Of a DNA stretch of 64,000 bases, positions 8,468 through 17,564 are shown in pieces; the stretch's first letter is position 1, and every line of letters begins with the position of its first letter. The stretch is taken from NCBI GenBank assembly GCA_003130875.1, contig QEXY01000143.1, forward strand, positions 18,338-82,337. The letters run 5' to 3'. The notes under the pieces are model-generated. The model had not been told where the DNA came from. It worked only from the letters and a program-made list of their open reading frames with translations, and did not search any database. A program made the translations under genes and the position numbers. Origin of the DNA: Ardenticatenia bacterium. Its GTDB lineage: Bacteria > Chloroflexota > Anaerolineae > 4572-78 > NAK82.

Positions 8468-8564
8468 ACCACAAAATCTTGTGGTACAAAGTGACGAGAA
8501 GCGCAACAAATTGTATGTCAACGCCCCGGGTGGGACTCGAACCCACAGCACACGGCTTAGAAGG
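8468..8564. repeat. attR-type direct repeat (overlaps the functional tRNA-Arg 3' half)
   Basis: Identical to 3717-3813. It covers 54 nt downstream of the tRNA plus tRNA nt 32-74. Confidence 0.9.
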
Positions 8565-8595
8565 CCGTTGCTCTGTCCGCTTGAGCTACCGGGGC
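8522..8595 (-). tRNA. tRNA-Arg (anticodon TCT)
   Basis: Manual cloverleaf: acceptor GCCCCGG/CCGGGGC, D arm GCTC/GAGC, anticodon stem ACGGC/GCCGT, loop CTTCTAA, T arm GTGGG-TTCGAGT-CCCAC, discriminator G. 74 nt, with no encoded CCA. Confidence 0.9.
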
Positions 8596-8921
8596 ACACA
8601 GTGTCACACATGTTTTAATAAGTTTCCAATGCAGTTTTGCTGCGTTGTTGCCTATTGCTCCCTGACAGACTGCTGAAAGATTGGCTGTCGATTGGCCACG
8701 GTCGCTTTTCCTTTAACACTTGCCAAACAGAAAACTCCAGGGTTCCACGTTCGCCAGCGAGCTCCGCTGTCCTCTCGTCCGTCAGAGCGACACTTCACTC
8801 TGGCCACGAAGTGGACTGCGCAAACAACGCCGAGGCATTTATCCAATTCCATCATAACACAGGTTTTCCAAGTCTCGCAACCTTGCGGGCGCATTGAATA
8901 CATTTCAAACCAGGAGCGAGT

Positions 8922-9194
8922 TTAAGAAAGCGTACCGTTATGCCTATTCACCCAGTTGGACAAATCCGCGCTGAACGATTGAAAGCTTAACTCGGCCCCA
9001 TTCTCGTCGGGAATCGCGTGCAGAGCTTGGTCAATCGCGGGGTGTTCCGGACCCCTCCTCTTGGGCGGTAACGACAGAGGTCCTGACCACTGTGAGGACA
9101 CCCATTCGATTCCACGAGTATGCAAGCACTCGATTGCCAGCTCCTTTAGGTCAGTGGCTGCTGCTAACTCGGTTGCCATTCTTTCTGCATCCAT
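8922..9194 (-). CDS. hypothetical protein (uncertain)
   Basis: 90-aa ORF with no recognisable motif, next to a transposase remnant. Confidence 0.3.
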   Translation of the reverse strand: MDAERMATELAAATDLKELAIECLHTRGIEWVSSQWSGPLSLPPKRRGPEHPAIDQALHAIPDENGAELSFQSFSADLSNWVNRHNGTLS

Positions 9195-9245
9195 TTTGAA
9201 ACCCTGTAGGTCCAGCTTATCTTTGGGTCCGAAAGCACAGCAAGG

Positions 9246-10134
9246 TCATGCCCAACTACTCAAGAAGAGGTGTGAGATTGCCGTCCACCTCGTCGTGCTG
9301 TAATAGGCCAATAGCTCGTTACCGGCCTCTGGGTCACAGATGAGGAGTCGATCGGCCGCAATGCCATCCAACAACACCGGCGGGAAAAGGACAATCCCCT
9401 CATCCCCGCGATAGCCCAAACACCGCAACACTGCCAGCGGCGGTTGGTTCTCCGTCCCCGCCTCCGTGTGCAGACGCAGCCCATTGTAGCCATACACCCA
9501 ACGGGCGTTGAGCGCCAGGAATTGCCGCACACTCTGCGCCTGAAGCAGATAGGGGCAATAGAACGCCTCACCGTCGGTGTGATGACGGCGTTCCACCCGG
9601 CCGTTGCCCCTTACGCACCAGGGGGTAACGCCGCCGTTCACCGCCCAGGAGTTGCAGGAAGCGACGGCTCCGTCCCGCCACGGGCTGCGGGCTGTCGCCC
9701 CCAAACTCCTGCCCCCGGTCGGTCTGGAAGGTCAGCGGGGACTCCACCCCAGAGGCCCGCAGCCACCGCAACACCAGGAGCAGGAAGGCCAGGCCACACG
9801 TGCGGTTCAGGTGCTGGCGGAAGGCCAGAAAGCGCAGACGGGTGCGCCCAGCGCACGCCATCCATTGATAGCGCGGCCGATGATGCCGCCGCAGGTGAGT
9901 GGTAGGCTGCGTGCCCAGACTCGCCTTGGCGTGGATGTCCTGCACGTCCATCTGGATGAGGCGGAAGGGCGTCTCCACCTCCCACGCCCCGTGCGCGGAT
10001 CGACGCACCGGTGTGCGCGACGCAGCTTCCGCTGGCCACAGCGCTGTAGGAGGTAAAAAGTTCTGATCCTCCTGGCGCGAGTACCGCTCATTGTTGCCGA
10101 TCTGTGGTATAATAGGATGTGACATAAATAGCAC
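9246..10134 (-). pseudogene. rve/DDE transposase remnant (IS481-like), frameshifted and N-terminally truncated
   Basis: Two overlapping frames carry parts of one integrase-core domain: QMDVQDI...FQTDRGQEFGG (9568-10134) and NGRVERRHHTDGEAFY (9246-9704). No HTH region, and no inverted repeats were identified. Confidence 0.7.
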
Positions 10135-10186
10135 TTTACCCCATTGCCGTTCATTTGGCGGATGCCGCCCAGGAGGGAGAGATGCG

Positions 10187-12934
10187 ATGAAGGCAAATCC
10201 TGACCCCCAGAGTGCAGATGCGCATCGATTCGTCTATGTCCGCCTCGTGCGGTTGTTCACCGTGATGGCCCTGGCGTCTTTGCTGGGCCTGGCTATGACC
10301 GCTCCTGTGCTGGCCCGGATTACCAGCATATCTCGGGTGCCCACATTGCCCGCGCTTGTCCCGCTCCCGCACGTAGGGATGTACGGCGACGTTCCCGAGG
10401 GAGATGCCCTCGCGAATTTGCCTCTGCGGTTTATTGTCAATCGTGGCCAGTGGGCAGAATCTGTCCGATTTGCAGTGCCAGGGGCAGGACACATCCTGTA
10501 CTTCACACCTCGCCAGGTGATTTTCCGCATGGCCGGGAAAGAGGGAACTGCGACGTATGTGAGTCTGGCCTTTCCAGGTGCACGGGCACATCCCCATATG
10601 GAAGGCGTAACGCCGTTGCCGGGCAGTGTCAACTTCTTCCTTGGCGATGATCCGATGGGCTGGCAAGTGGATGTCCCCACTTATGCTGCCCTCGCATACC
10701 GCAATCTCTACCCAGGAGTGGATTTGATCTACAGTGGGTCTCATGGTCGACTCAAGAGTGAGTTTCGGCTGGCGCCAGGCATCCATCCCCGGGTGATCCA
10801 TCTGGTGTACTACGGCGTTGAGAGCGTTCGTGTGCTGCTAGATGGATCGCTGTCCTTACGCACGACGGATGGAGAGCTGGTTGAGGCGGCGCCGTTGGCA
10901 TACCAGGAAATCGAGGGCGTGCGTCAAAAGGTGACGGCGCGTTATGTGTTGCTTATGTCCCCGCTGCGGACACCCTTCTTCACGATGCGCCTGCCTGCTT
11001 TGGTGCGCTTCGAGGTGCGCGGGCATAACTCGAGATGGCCGCTGGTGATTGATCCCGTGCTGCGCTATGTCAGTTTCCTGGGCGGCGGCCAGGATGAATC
11101 AGGCAATGCTATCGCGGTGGATGGTGCCGGCAATGTGTACATCGTGGGAAACACCAGCTCGAATGACTTTCCTGCCCATACCGCCATCCAGGTACAGCGC
11201 CGTGGAGGTTCGGACGCCTTTGTGACCCAGCTAGTACGCGTGGGCGAGGTGTACACTTACGGCTTTTCCACTTACTTAGGGGGCAGTGCTTCCGACATCG
11301 CGCATGGCATTGCGGTGGATACTACAGGCAGTGCAGTGACCATCGTAGGCGAGACCGCTTCGGGTGATTTCCCCACCTTCAACGCACCTCAAACGATCAG
11401 CAAATGGGTCCCTGATGCCTTTGTGACACGTCTTATCACGCAGAGCGGGGCAGTCACGTTCGCCTATTCCACCTACCTGGGTGGCATTGGAGTTGATAGG
11501 GGATATGCCGTGGCGTTGGACAGCGCTGGCGATGCCGTAGTCGTCGGCGAGACCACTTCGAGCGACCTGTTCACCACCTCGACAGCGATCCAGCCGACCT
11601 GCGGTGGGGCACCTTCGCCGCCTTGCACAGATGCCTTCGTCACCCGGATCGCCAATAGCGGCGGTTACACCTTCACCTATTCTAGCTATTTGGGCGGCAG
11701 AGGCGCCGATCGTGCCTGGGCGGTCGCCGTGGACCCGGCCGGCGACAGCATCTTCGTAACAGGTGAGACCGGTTCGTCGGATTTCCCGCTGCACAACGCG
11801 CCGCAGCCGGTCTGGGGCGTGGCGGGGTTGCATCTGCCCAGCGCGGAACTGGAAGCGACCGCGGCCATCACCTATCCGGATGGGTTTGTGGTCCAGATCA
11901 CCACCAGCGGCAGCTACACCTATGCTTACTCCACCTACTTAGGCGGCACGTTTGTGGATGCCGGGCGTGGCATTGCGGTGGACAGCAGTGGCAATGCCTG
12001 GGTAACCGGTCATACAGGGTCTACCGATTTTCCCCGTACCCCGGATGCAGTGCAACCCGCGTACGGCGGCGGTGCCTCGATCGGTGTGGGAGGGGATGCC
12101 TTCCTGACCTACATTGTGGATGCCGGAGGTGTGTACACCTTTGCCTACTCCACCTTCTTGGGCGGCAGCAGTAACGATGTGGGGTATGGCCTGACGCTGG
12201 ACGGCAATGACGTTCCAGTGATTGTCGGGCAGACCTTCTCCAAGAACTTCCCCACTCGCTACGCGTTGCAGGGCAGCTTGCGCGGCGCAACCGATGCCTT
12301 TGTCACCCAGCTGGTCAACATCACCACGGCGTATACCCTGGGCCTGTCCACCTACCTGGGTGGCGGTGAAACTGACGCCGCATATGGTGTGGCAGTGGAT
12401 GCGACAGGTGACATCTACGTGACTGGTCAGACATATTCCGGCGATTTCCCAACCGTGCAAGCATTGGACGCCAGCCGTTCGGGGACGACGGACGCCTTCG
12501 TGGCACGCATCGGATGGGGTGGGCTGATGATCAGCAAGACAGCGACTCCTACCGTGGTTGCGCCTGGGCGCACGGTCACCTATACGCTTATCTTCACCAA
12601 CGACAGCCCCACCCTGGCGCAGAACGTGGTGATCAGCGATTATCTGGCGATCCCGGCCACTTTCAGCGATGCCAGCTATGTCAGCAGCGGTGCCGCAGTC
12701 ACGCCGACGGGGAGCTTCAGCTATACCTGGCAGGTTGCCGATCTGGCACAGGGCGGAGGTGGGACGATCCATGTGCTGGCCGTGCTGAGCGATGCGCTGA
12801 CGCCGGGCACGCTTGTCACCAACACGGTTGCCATCACTGGGGATGGTGTCTACACGTCGGTCTACAATGCGTCCACGGCGGTCATCACCGTGGGATATGG
12901 GGTGTACTTGCCTCTCATCAGTAAGCAGCTGTGA
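10187..12934 (+). CDS. secreted SBBP beta-propeller-repeat protein with C-terminal DUF11-type domain
   Basis: Signal-anchor FTVMALASLLGLAMTAPVLA. About 10 repeats of DAFVT.L...YSTYLGG...D.G.GIAVD..G...VTG.T.S.DFP. C-terminal ISKTATPTVVAPGRTVTYTLIFTN. Start chosen at the ATG after the RBS AGGAGGGA. Confidence 0.85.
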   Translation: MKANPDPQSADAHRFVYVRLVRLFTVMALASLLGLAMTAPVLARITSISRVPTLPALVPLPHVGMYGDVPEGDALANLPLRFIVNRGQWAESVRFAVPGAGHILYFTPRQVIFRMAGKEGTATYVSLAFPGARAHPHMEGVTPLPGSVNFFLGDDPMGWQVDVPTYAALAYRNLYPGVDLIYSGSHGRLKSEFRLAPGIHPRVIHLVYYGVESVRVLLDGSLSLRTTDGELVEAAPLAYQEIEGVRQKVTARYVLLMSPLRTPFFTMRLPALVRFEVRGHNSRWPLVIDPVLRYVSFLGGGQDESGNAIAVDGAGNVYIVGNTSSNDFPAHTAIQVQRRGGSDAFVTQLVRVGEVYTYGFSTYLGGSASDIAHGIAVDTTGSAVTIVGETASGDFPTFNAPQTISKWVPDAFVTRLITQSGAVTFAYSTYLGGIGVDRGYAVALDSAGDAVVVGETTSSDLFTTSTAIQPTCGGAPSPPCTDAFVTRIANSGGYTFTYSSYLGGRGADRAWAVAVDPAGDSIFVTGETGSSDFPLHNAPQPVWGVAGLHLPSAELEATAAITYPDGFVVQITTSGSYTYAYSTYLGGTFVDAGRGIAVDSSGNAWVTGHTGSTDFPRTPDAVQPAYGGGASIGVGGDAFLTYIVDAGGVYTFAYSTFLGGSSNDVGYGLTLDGNDVPVIVGQTFSKNFPTRYALQGSLRGATDAFVTQLVNITTAYTLGLSTYLGGGETDAAYGVAVDATGDIYVTGQTYSGDFPTVQALDASRSGTTDAFVARIGWGGLMISKTATPTVVAPGRTVTYTLIFTNDSPTLAQNVVISDYLAIPATFSDASYVSSGAAVTPTGSFSYTWQVADLAQGGGGTIHVLAVLSDALTPGTLVTNTVAITGDGVYTSVYNASTAVITVGYGVYLPLISKQL

Positions 12935-14973
12935 ACCATGGGATCGTTTTAGCCTCTCTGCGCCGCCTGTTGTGGGTGGCGGTAGGTGATGCGGAGCGCT
13001 CGGGCGTGGCAGCAACCGACCTGTGGCACTCATCCCGTATGGCGCGGTGGGCTGGCTGGGGTGTGGTGGTGCTTGCCGGAGTGCTTTATCTGCTCACGTT
13101 GGATACCGGCCTGCGTCCAGAGGAGCTACAAGGCGGCGATCTGATCACCCATCAGTATGCCCAGGTGCAGGCGCGCCCCAGCAACGCCCCCGGTTATCCG
13201 CTCTACACAATGGGGGGCTGGTTGTGGTTTCGCCTGACCGGTTTGTTGTTTGGTTGGGCGCTCAACCCGGTGCAGAGGCTGTCCAGCTACTCGACCCTCT
13301 GGGCGCTGCTTGCCCTGATCGTGCTCTATCAGCTCTGTATGCGCGCAGCACGCGGTCATTGGCCGTTGGCTACGCTGACGACGCTCTTCTACGCCGTCAC
13401 CTATTTCTTCTGGTACTACAGTGTCACCACGGAGCAGTATACCTCGGCGGTGCTGCAGACGCTATTGATCGTCTGGCTGGCGTGGCGCTGGGAAGAGGCG
13501 CTGGCGGTCGATCCGGTCAAGGCGGATCGTGCGCTGCTGTGGCTGGCGTTGCTGTGTGGCACATGCCTAGCCAACCTGGTGACCGTGCTGCTCATTCTGC
13601 CGCCGCTCCTGTGGTTCATCCTGGCCCGTCAACCCAACCTGCTGCGCCGACCGCGCCTGTTAGGACAAGCAGCTGGCCTGGCACTGCTGCCTGTACTGTC
13701 GTATGCTTATGTGTACTGGCGTGGCGCGGTGCATCCGGAGTGGCGAGGGCAAGGTAGCTGGCCGGATACGACCGCTTGGTTTCTCGATTTCCTGACCACG
13801 CACCAGGGACGAGATGAATTGGCGCCTGGCTTGACGTTGACCCCCATGTTCACGGATGAGTTTCCTGCGCTGATCTGGGGTGAGCTCACCCCGGTGGTGT
13901 TATTCGGCGGACTGTTGGGCCTGAGGTGGCTGGGGCACCGACGTGCCTTGTTCCTCGGCGGCACCTTGTTTCTGTATGCCCTCTTCTGCTGGGTGGATCG
14001 CTTTGGCAATTGGTATCAGGTTGTCATGCCTGCCTACCCGTTGGTGGCGCTGGGTTTTGCTGCTGGGATGGGCGCCCTGTTGGATAGAGTATCAACGCTT
14101 CCTCGTGTATCTCCTACAAAAGCTGGACTACAGATGTTGGTGGTGATTGTGCTGCTGGGATTGACCACTTACCGTTTCGCTATGAGCTGGCCGCGCGCCG
14201 ATCAGAGCTGGCGATCGGATGACACCGGGCTTGATCCAGGCTGGGCGATTCTGGCGGATGCACCCCCTGCGGATGCTGTGATCCTGGCACGGCATGAAGA
14301 GTGGCTGGCGCTCAGCTATCTGACCATCATCTGGGGCGTTGCCCCAGGACTCCGAACGCTGCCTGTGTGCCAGCTGCCCGCTGAATTGGAAGGGCAACTG
14401 CCTGAGGTCATTTATCTCACGCGACAGGCTGTCGCGGCACAGCCCGATTGCCTGGCCGAGCGACGTCGCTACGCTGCTGGTGCGGAGTTGATATGGACAC
14501 AAGTGCCTCCAAAGTATGCATTGCCGGACTCGGCGTATGTGGTGGCCTGGCAGCTGGGTGCGGGATTGCACGTGGTCGGTTATGAAACCGCATGGCTGCC
14601 CCAGCCGCTCACCGGCAGCACGGGGAGACCCGTGTCTGATAGGCCACGGTGGCGCCTATCGCTCTATTGGCAAACGGAAGTTCCTCTGAGGGACGACTAC
14701 ACCATCTCGGTGCGTCCTCAGCGGGGCGGAGGGCCACTTCGTGACGTGGATGGACAACCACTCATCCAGGATCACCAGCCGGTGTGGAATGCGTTCCCGA
14801 CAAGTCGCTGGCTGCCCGGTGAGGTGGTGCGCGATGATTACGTCTTCACCCTGCCCTCAGCGACCTCTCCCGATGGGGTGCATCTGGTGGTCTATCGTGC
14901 TGGGGCAGATGAACACGGGGCACCGCGTTTTGAGACAGAGGGAGAGATAGTCGTGAGATTGGGTAGCGAATGA
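12931..14973 (+). CDS. DUF2723/TMEM260-like GT-C fold membrane glycosyltransferase
   Basis: Polytopic membrane protein. The first-loop motif GGDLITHQYAQVQARPSNAPGYPLYTMGGWLWF matches the DUF2723 signature (GD...PPGYPLY). A GTG start overlaps the upstream stop; an alternative ATG is at 13039. Confidence 0.75.
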   Translation: MNHGIVLASLRRLLWVAVGDAERSGVAATDLWHSSRMARWAGWGVVVLAGVLYLLTLDTGLRPEELQGGDLITHQYAQVQARPSNAPGYPLYTMGGWLWFRLTGLLFGWALNPVQRLSSYSTLWALLALIVLYQLCMRAARGHWPLATLTTLFYAVTYFFWYYSVTTEQYTSAVLQTLLIVWLAWRWEEALAVDPVKADRALLWLALLCGTCLANLVTVLLILPPLLWFILARQPNLLRRPRLLGQAAGLALLPVLSYAYVYWRGAVHPEWRGQGSWPDTTAWFLDFLTTHQGRDELAPGLTLTPMFTDEFPALIWGELTPVVLFGGLLGLRWLGHRRALFLGGTLFLYALFCWVDRFGNWYQVVMPAYPLVALGFAAGMGALLDRVSTLPRVSPTKAGLQMLVVIVLLGLTTYRFAMSWPRADQSWRSDDTGLDPGWAILADAPPADAVILARHEEWLALSYLTIIWGVAPGLRTLPVCQLPAELEGQLPEVIYLTRQAVAAQPDCLAERRRYAAGAELIWTQVPPKYALPDSAYVVAWQLGAGLHVVGYETAWLPQPLTGSTGRPVSDRPRWRLSLYWQTEVPLRDDYTISVRPQRGGGPLRDVDGQPLIQDHQPVWNAFPTSRWLPGEVVRDDYVFTLPSATSPDGVHLVVYRAGADEHGAPRFETEGEIVVRLGSE

Positions 14974-15242
14974 AAAAGTGCAGACATTGCAATGGATGGC
15001 AGAGGGATTTCCTAGAGGTATGCGGATCTCAACGCGTATCCGCTGCTCGGGTTAAGCTTTACAATTTTCTTTTTTCAGATATCATACGGGCCGGGCGGTC
15101 GTTTGACATCAGGCTATCTATCTCGTGGATGAGGTGACATAGAGATTTCCACCGAGAATTTTGTACCCCTCCATGTTGTTATTCTGCATCAAAGTTCCAG
15201 CGATCAGCCACAGAGCATTTCACAGTTTCTTGAGGTGTCAGT

Positions 15243-16565
15243 ATGACAGCAGTCGATGATCAACCCGTTCTTCTCAGGCGCATTGCGGATCGCACGGCAC
15301 ACATCAGCATCCTGGGACTGGGCTACGTGGGGCTTCCGCTGGCTGTGGAGTTCGCACGTTCTGGATTGCGGGTGACCGGAATCGATGTGGATGCCGAAAA
15401 GGTGAAGACCCTCAATGCTGGCCGGAGCTACATACTGGACATCGCGGATAAGACGGTCAAAGAATTGGTGCGTACCGGTATGCTCTCCGCCACGACCGAC
15501 GTCGCGACATTGCGGGAGGCAGATGTCGCGATCATTTGTGTTCCCACCCCTCTCAACAAGACCCGGGATCCGGATATTTCCTACATACTGTCCGCTACCG
15601 AGCAGGTGGTGCGCTACGCACATCGGGATATGTTGGTGGTGCTCGAAAGCACTACATATCCCGGCACCACAGAGGAGATCTTGTTGCCGCGTTTTGAGGC
15701 GGCGGGCTTTGCCGTCGGCAAGGATTTCTTCTTAGCTTTCTCGCCCGAGCGCATCGATCCAGCCAATCCCACATTTGGAGTGCGCAATACACCCAAGGTG
15801 GTCGGTGGCATCACGCCGCAGTGCGCCCGCGTGGCAGTTGCGCTGTATCGCTGTGCCGTGGATCACATCGTGCCGGTTTCGTCGACGCGCGCTGCGGAGA
15901 TGGTCAAGCTGCTGGAAAACACGTTCCGGGCGGTCAACATCGGCCTGGTAAACGAATTTGCGATCATCTGCGATCGGTTGGGGCTGGATGTCTGGGAGAT
16001 CATCGAGGCCGCTTCCACCAAACCATATGGGTTCACCCCGTTCTATCCCGGACCCGGCCTGGGCGGACACTGCCTCCCGATCGACCCACTCTATCTTTCC
16101 TGGAAGCTCAGGGCACTGCGATATAACACGCGTTTCATCGAGTTAGCGGATCGGGTGAACTCCGAGATGCCCTACTATGTGGTTGAGAAGATCGCTGCCG
16201 CCTTAAATGCGCGTCGTCAGGCGGTCAACGGTGCACGTATTTTGGTGCTGGGTGTGGCGTACAAGCGCAACGTGGGCGATGTGCGTGAGAGCCCTGCTCT
16301 CGAGATCATCAATCTATTGGTTGAGCGTGGCGCGGATATTTCGTACCACGATCCATATGTACCGCGTCTGCAATATGATGGTGGCACTCTCGACTCGGTA
16401 GCATTGGACTCTCAGGTGTTGTCCAACGCCGATTGTGTTGTGATTGTCACGGATCACTCCGGTATTGATTGGCAACTTGTCGTCTCCTATTCCCGCCTTG
16501 TTGTCGACACGCGCAACGCTCTCAAAGGCATACCCCCTGGCAAGGCGCAGGTGGTGAAGTTATGA
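15243..16565 (+). CDS. nucleotide-sugar dehydrogenase (UDP-GlcNAc/ManNAc 6-dehydrogenase family, WbpO/TviB-like)
   Basis: 440 aa with the Rossmann motif ISILGLGYVGLPLAVEFA. GPGLGGHCLPIDP contains the catalytic Cys. Confidence 0.88.
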   Translation: MTAVDDQPVLLRRIADRTAHISILGLGYVGLPLAVEFARSGLRVTGIDVDAEKVKTLNAGRSYILDIADKTVKELVRTGMLSATTDVATLREADVAIICVPTPLNKTRDPDISYILSATEQVVRYAHRDMLVVLESTTYPGTTEEILLPRFEAAGFAVGKDFFLAFSPERIDPANPTFGVRNTPKVVGGITPQCARVAVALYRCAVDHIVPVSSTRAAEMVKLLENTFRAVNIGLVNEFAIICDRLGLDVWEIIEAASTKPYGFTPFYPGPGLGGHCLPIDPLYLSWKLRALRYNTRFIELADRVNSEMPYYVVEKIAAALNARRQAVNGARILVLGVAYKRNVGDVRESPALEIINLLVERGADISYHDPYVPRLQYDGGTLDSVALDSQVLSNADCVVIVTDHSGIDWQLVVSYSRLVVDTRNALKGIPPGKAQVVKL

Positions 16566-17536
16566 ACGTTAAGAACAGCGAAGAAACTCATTGTTATTTG
16601 GTCACCGGTGGTGCTGGCTTCATCGGATCCCACTTGGTGGAAGAACTTGTGCGTCGTCGCCAGTATGTACGGGTGCTGGACAATTTCAGCAGCGGTCGTC
16701 GAGAAAATCTGGCTCACCTAGCCGGCCATGTGAAGGTCATCGAAGGAGATATCTGCGACCTTGCCACCGTGCGACAGGCGATGGAAGGAGTGGATTATGT
16801 GCTGCACCAAGCAGCGCTGGTTTCCGTGCCCGGCTCGGTGGCAGATCCTCTGAAAACGGATCAGGTCAACGTGAGGGGCACGCTCAACGTGTTGCTGGCA
16901 GCACGGGATGCCCACGTGCGTCGAGTGGTGTTTGCCTCTTCATGTGCGGTGTACGGAGATAACCCGGTTTTGCCTAAGGATGAACGGATGCCCCCCGAAC
17001 CGCTCTCACCTTATGCGGTTTCCAAGCTGGCGGGCGAGGGGTACTGTCGTGTATTTCATTACGTGTATGGTCTGCCGACCGTGGTGCTGCGTTATTTCAA
17101 TGTGTTCGGCCCACGTCAGGATCCGCACTCCCCATATGCCGCCGTCATCCCCAAATTTATCCATTCTGCCCTCCACGGTCGCGCGCTGACCGTATTTGGT
17201 GATGGACAGCAATCGCGCGACTTTGTCTACGTCGCGAATGTGGTGGCGGCGAACCTGCTGGCCTGTCAGACGAATGCGGCAGTGGGACATGTGATTAACG
17301 TGGCGAGTGGACAGAGCTATTCACTGCTGGAGCTCATTGACCACCTGAAGGGTATACTGGACGAGAATGCGTTACAGGTCAATCATATGCCACCGCAGCC
17401 CGGCGACATACGTCACTCGCAAGCGGACATCCAATGCGCCAGGCAACTGCTGGGATACGTGCCCCAGATTGACTTCGCCACTGGCCTGCGTGAGACAGTG
17501 GCCTATTTCCGGCAGCAGATGCTTCGGAGTGATTGA
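16562..17536 (+). CDS. NAD-dependent NDP-sugar epimerase (WbpP/TviC-like)
   Basis: LVTGGAGFIGSHL, SSCAVYG and the YAVSK catalytic motif. The ATG at 16562 overlaps the upstream stop (ATGA); the longer start in the track is unlikely. Confidence 0.88.
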   Translation: MNVKNSEETHCYLVTGGAGFIGSHLVEELVRRRQYVRVLDNFSSGRRENLAHLAGHVKVIEGDICDLATVRQAMEGVDYVLHQAALVSVPGSVADPLKTDQVNVRGTLNVLLAARDAHVRRVVFASSCAVYGDNPVLPKDERMPPEPLSPYAVSKLAGEGYCRVFHYVYGLPTVVLRYFNVFGPRQDPHSPYAAVIPKFIHSALHGRALTVFGDGQQSRDFVYVANVVAANLLACQTNAAVGHVINVASGQSYSLLELIDHLKGILDENALQVNHMPPQPGDIRHSQADIQCARQLLGYVPQIDFATGLRETVAYFRQQMLRSD

Positions 17537-17564
17537 ACCGCGCCGGGCTCATTGCACCACTGAC

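Larger units (their letters stand above)
3717..8564. mobile_element. small integrative element (~4.75 kb unique) inserted in the 3' half of tRNA-Arg(TCT)
   Basis: Perfect 97-bp direct repeats at 3717-3813 and 8468-8564. A tyrosine integrase lies next to the intact tRNA. The cargo is plasmid/phage-like (RHH, wHTH Rep-like, nuclease-like, small ORFs), all on the minus strand with ATGA overlaps. Confidence 0.85.

Noticed and set aside
8922-9194. Possibility that this ORF plus the IS remnant form a second island at the tRNA
   Set aside because: They lie on the 5' side of the tRNA, where tRNA-targeting integrases do not insert, and no repeat of the att sequence was found there.
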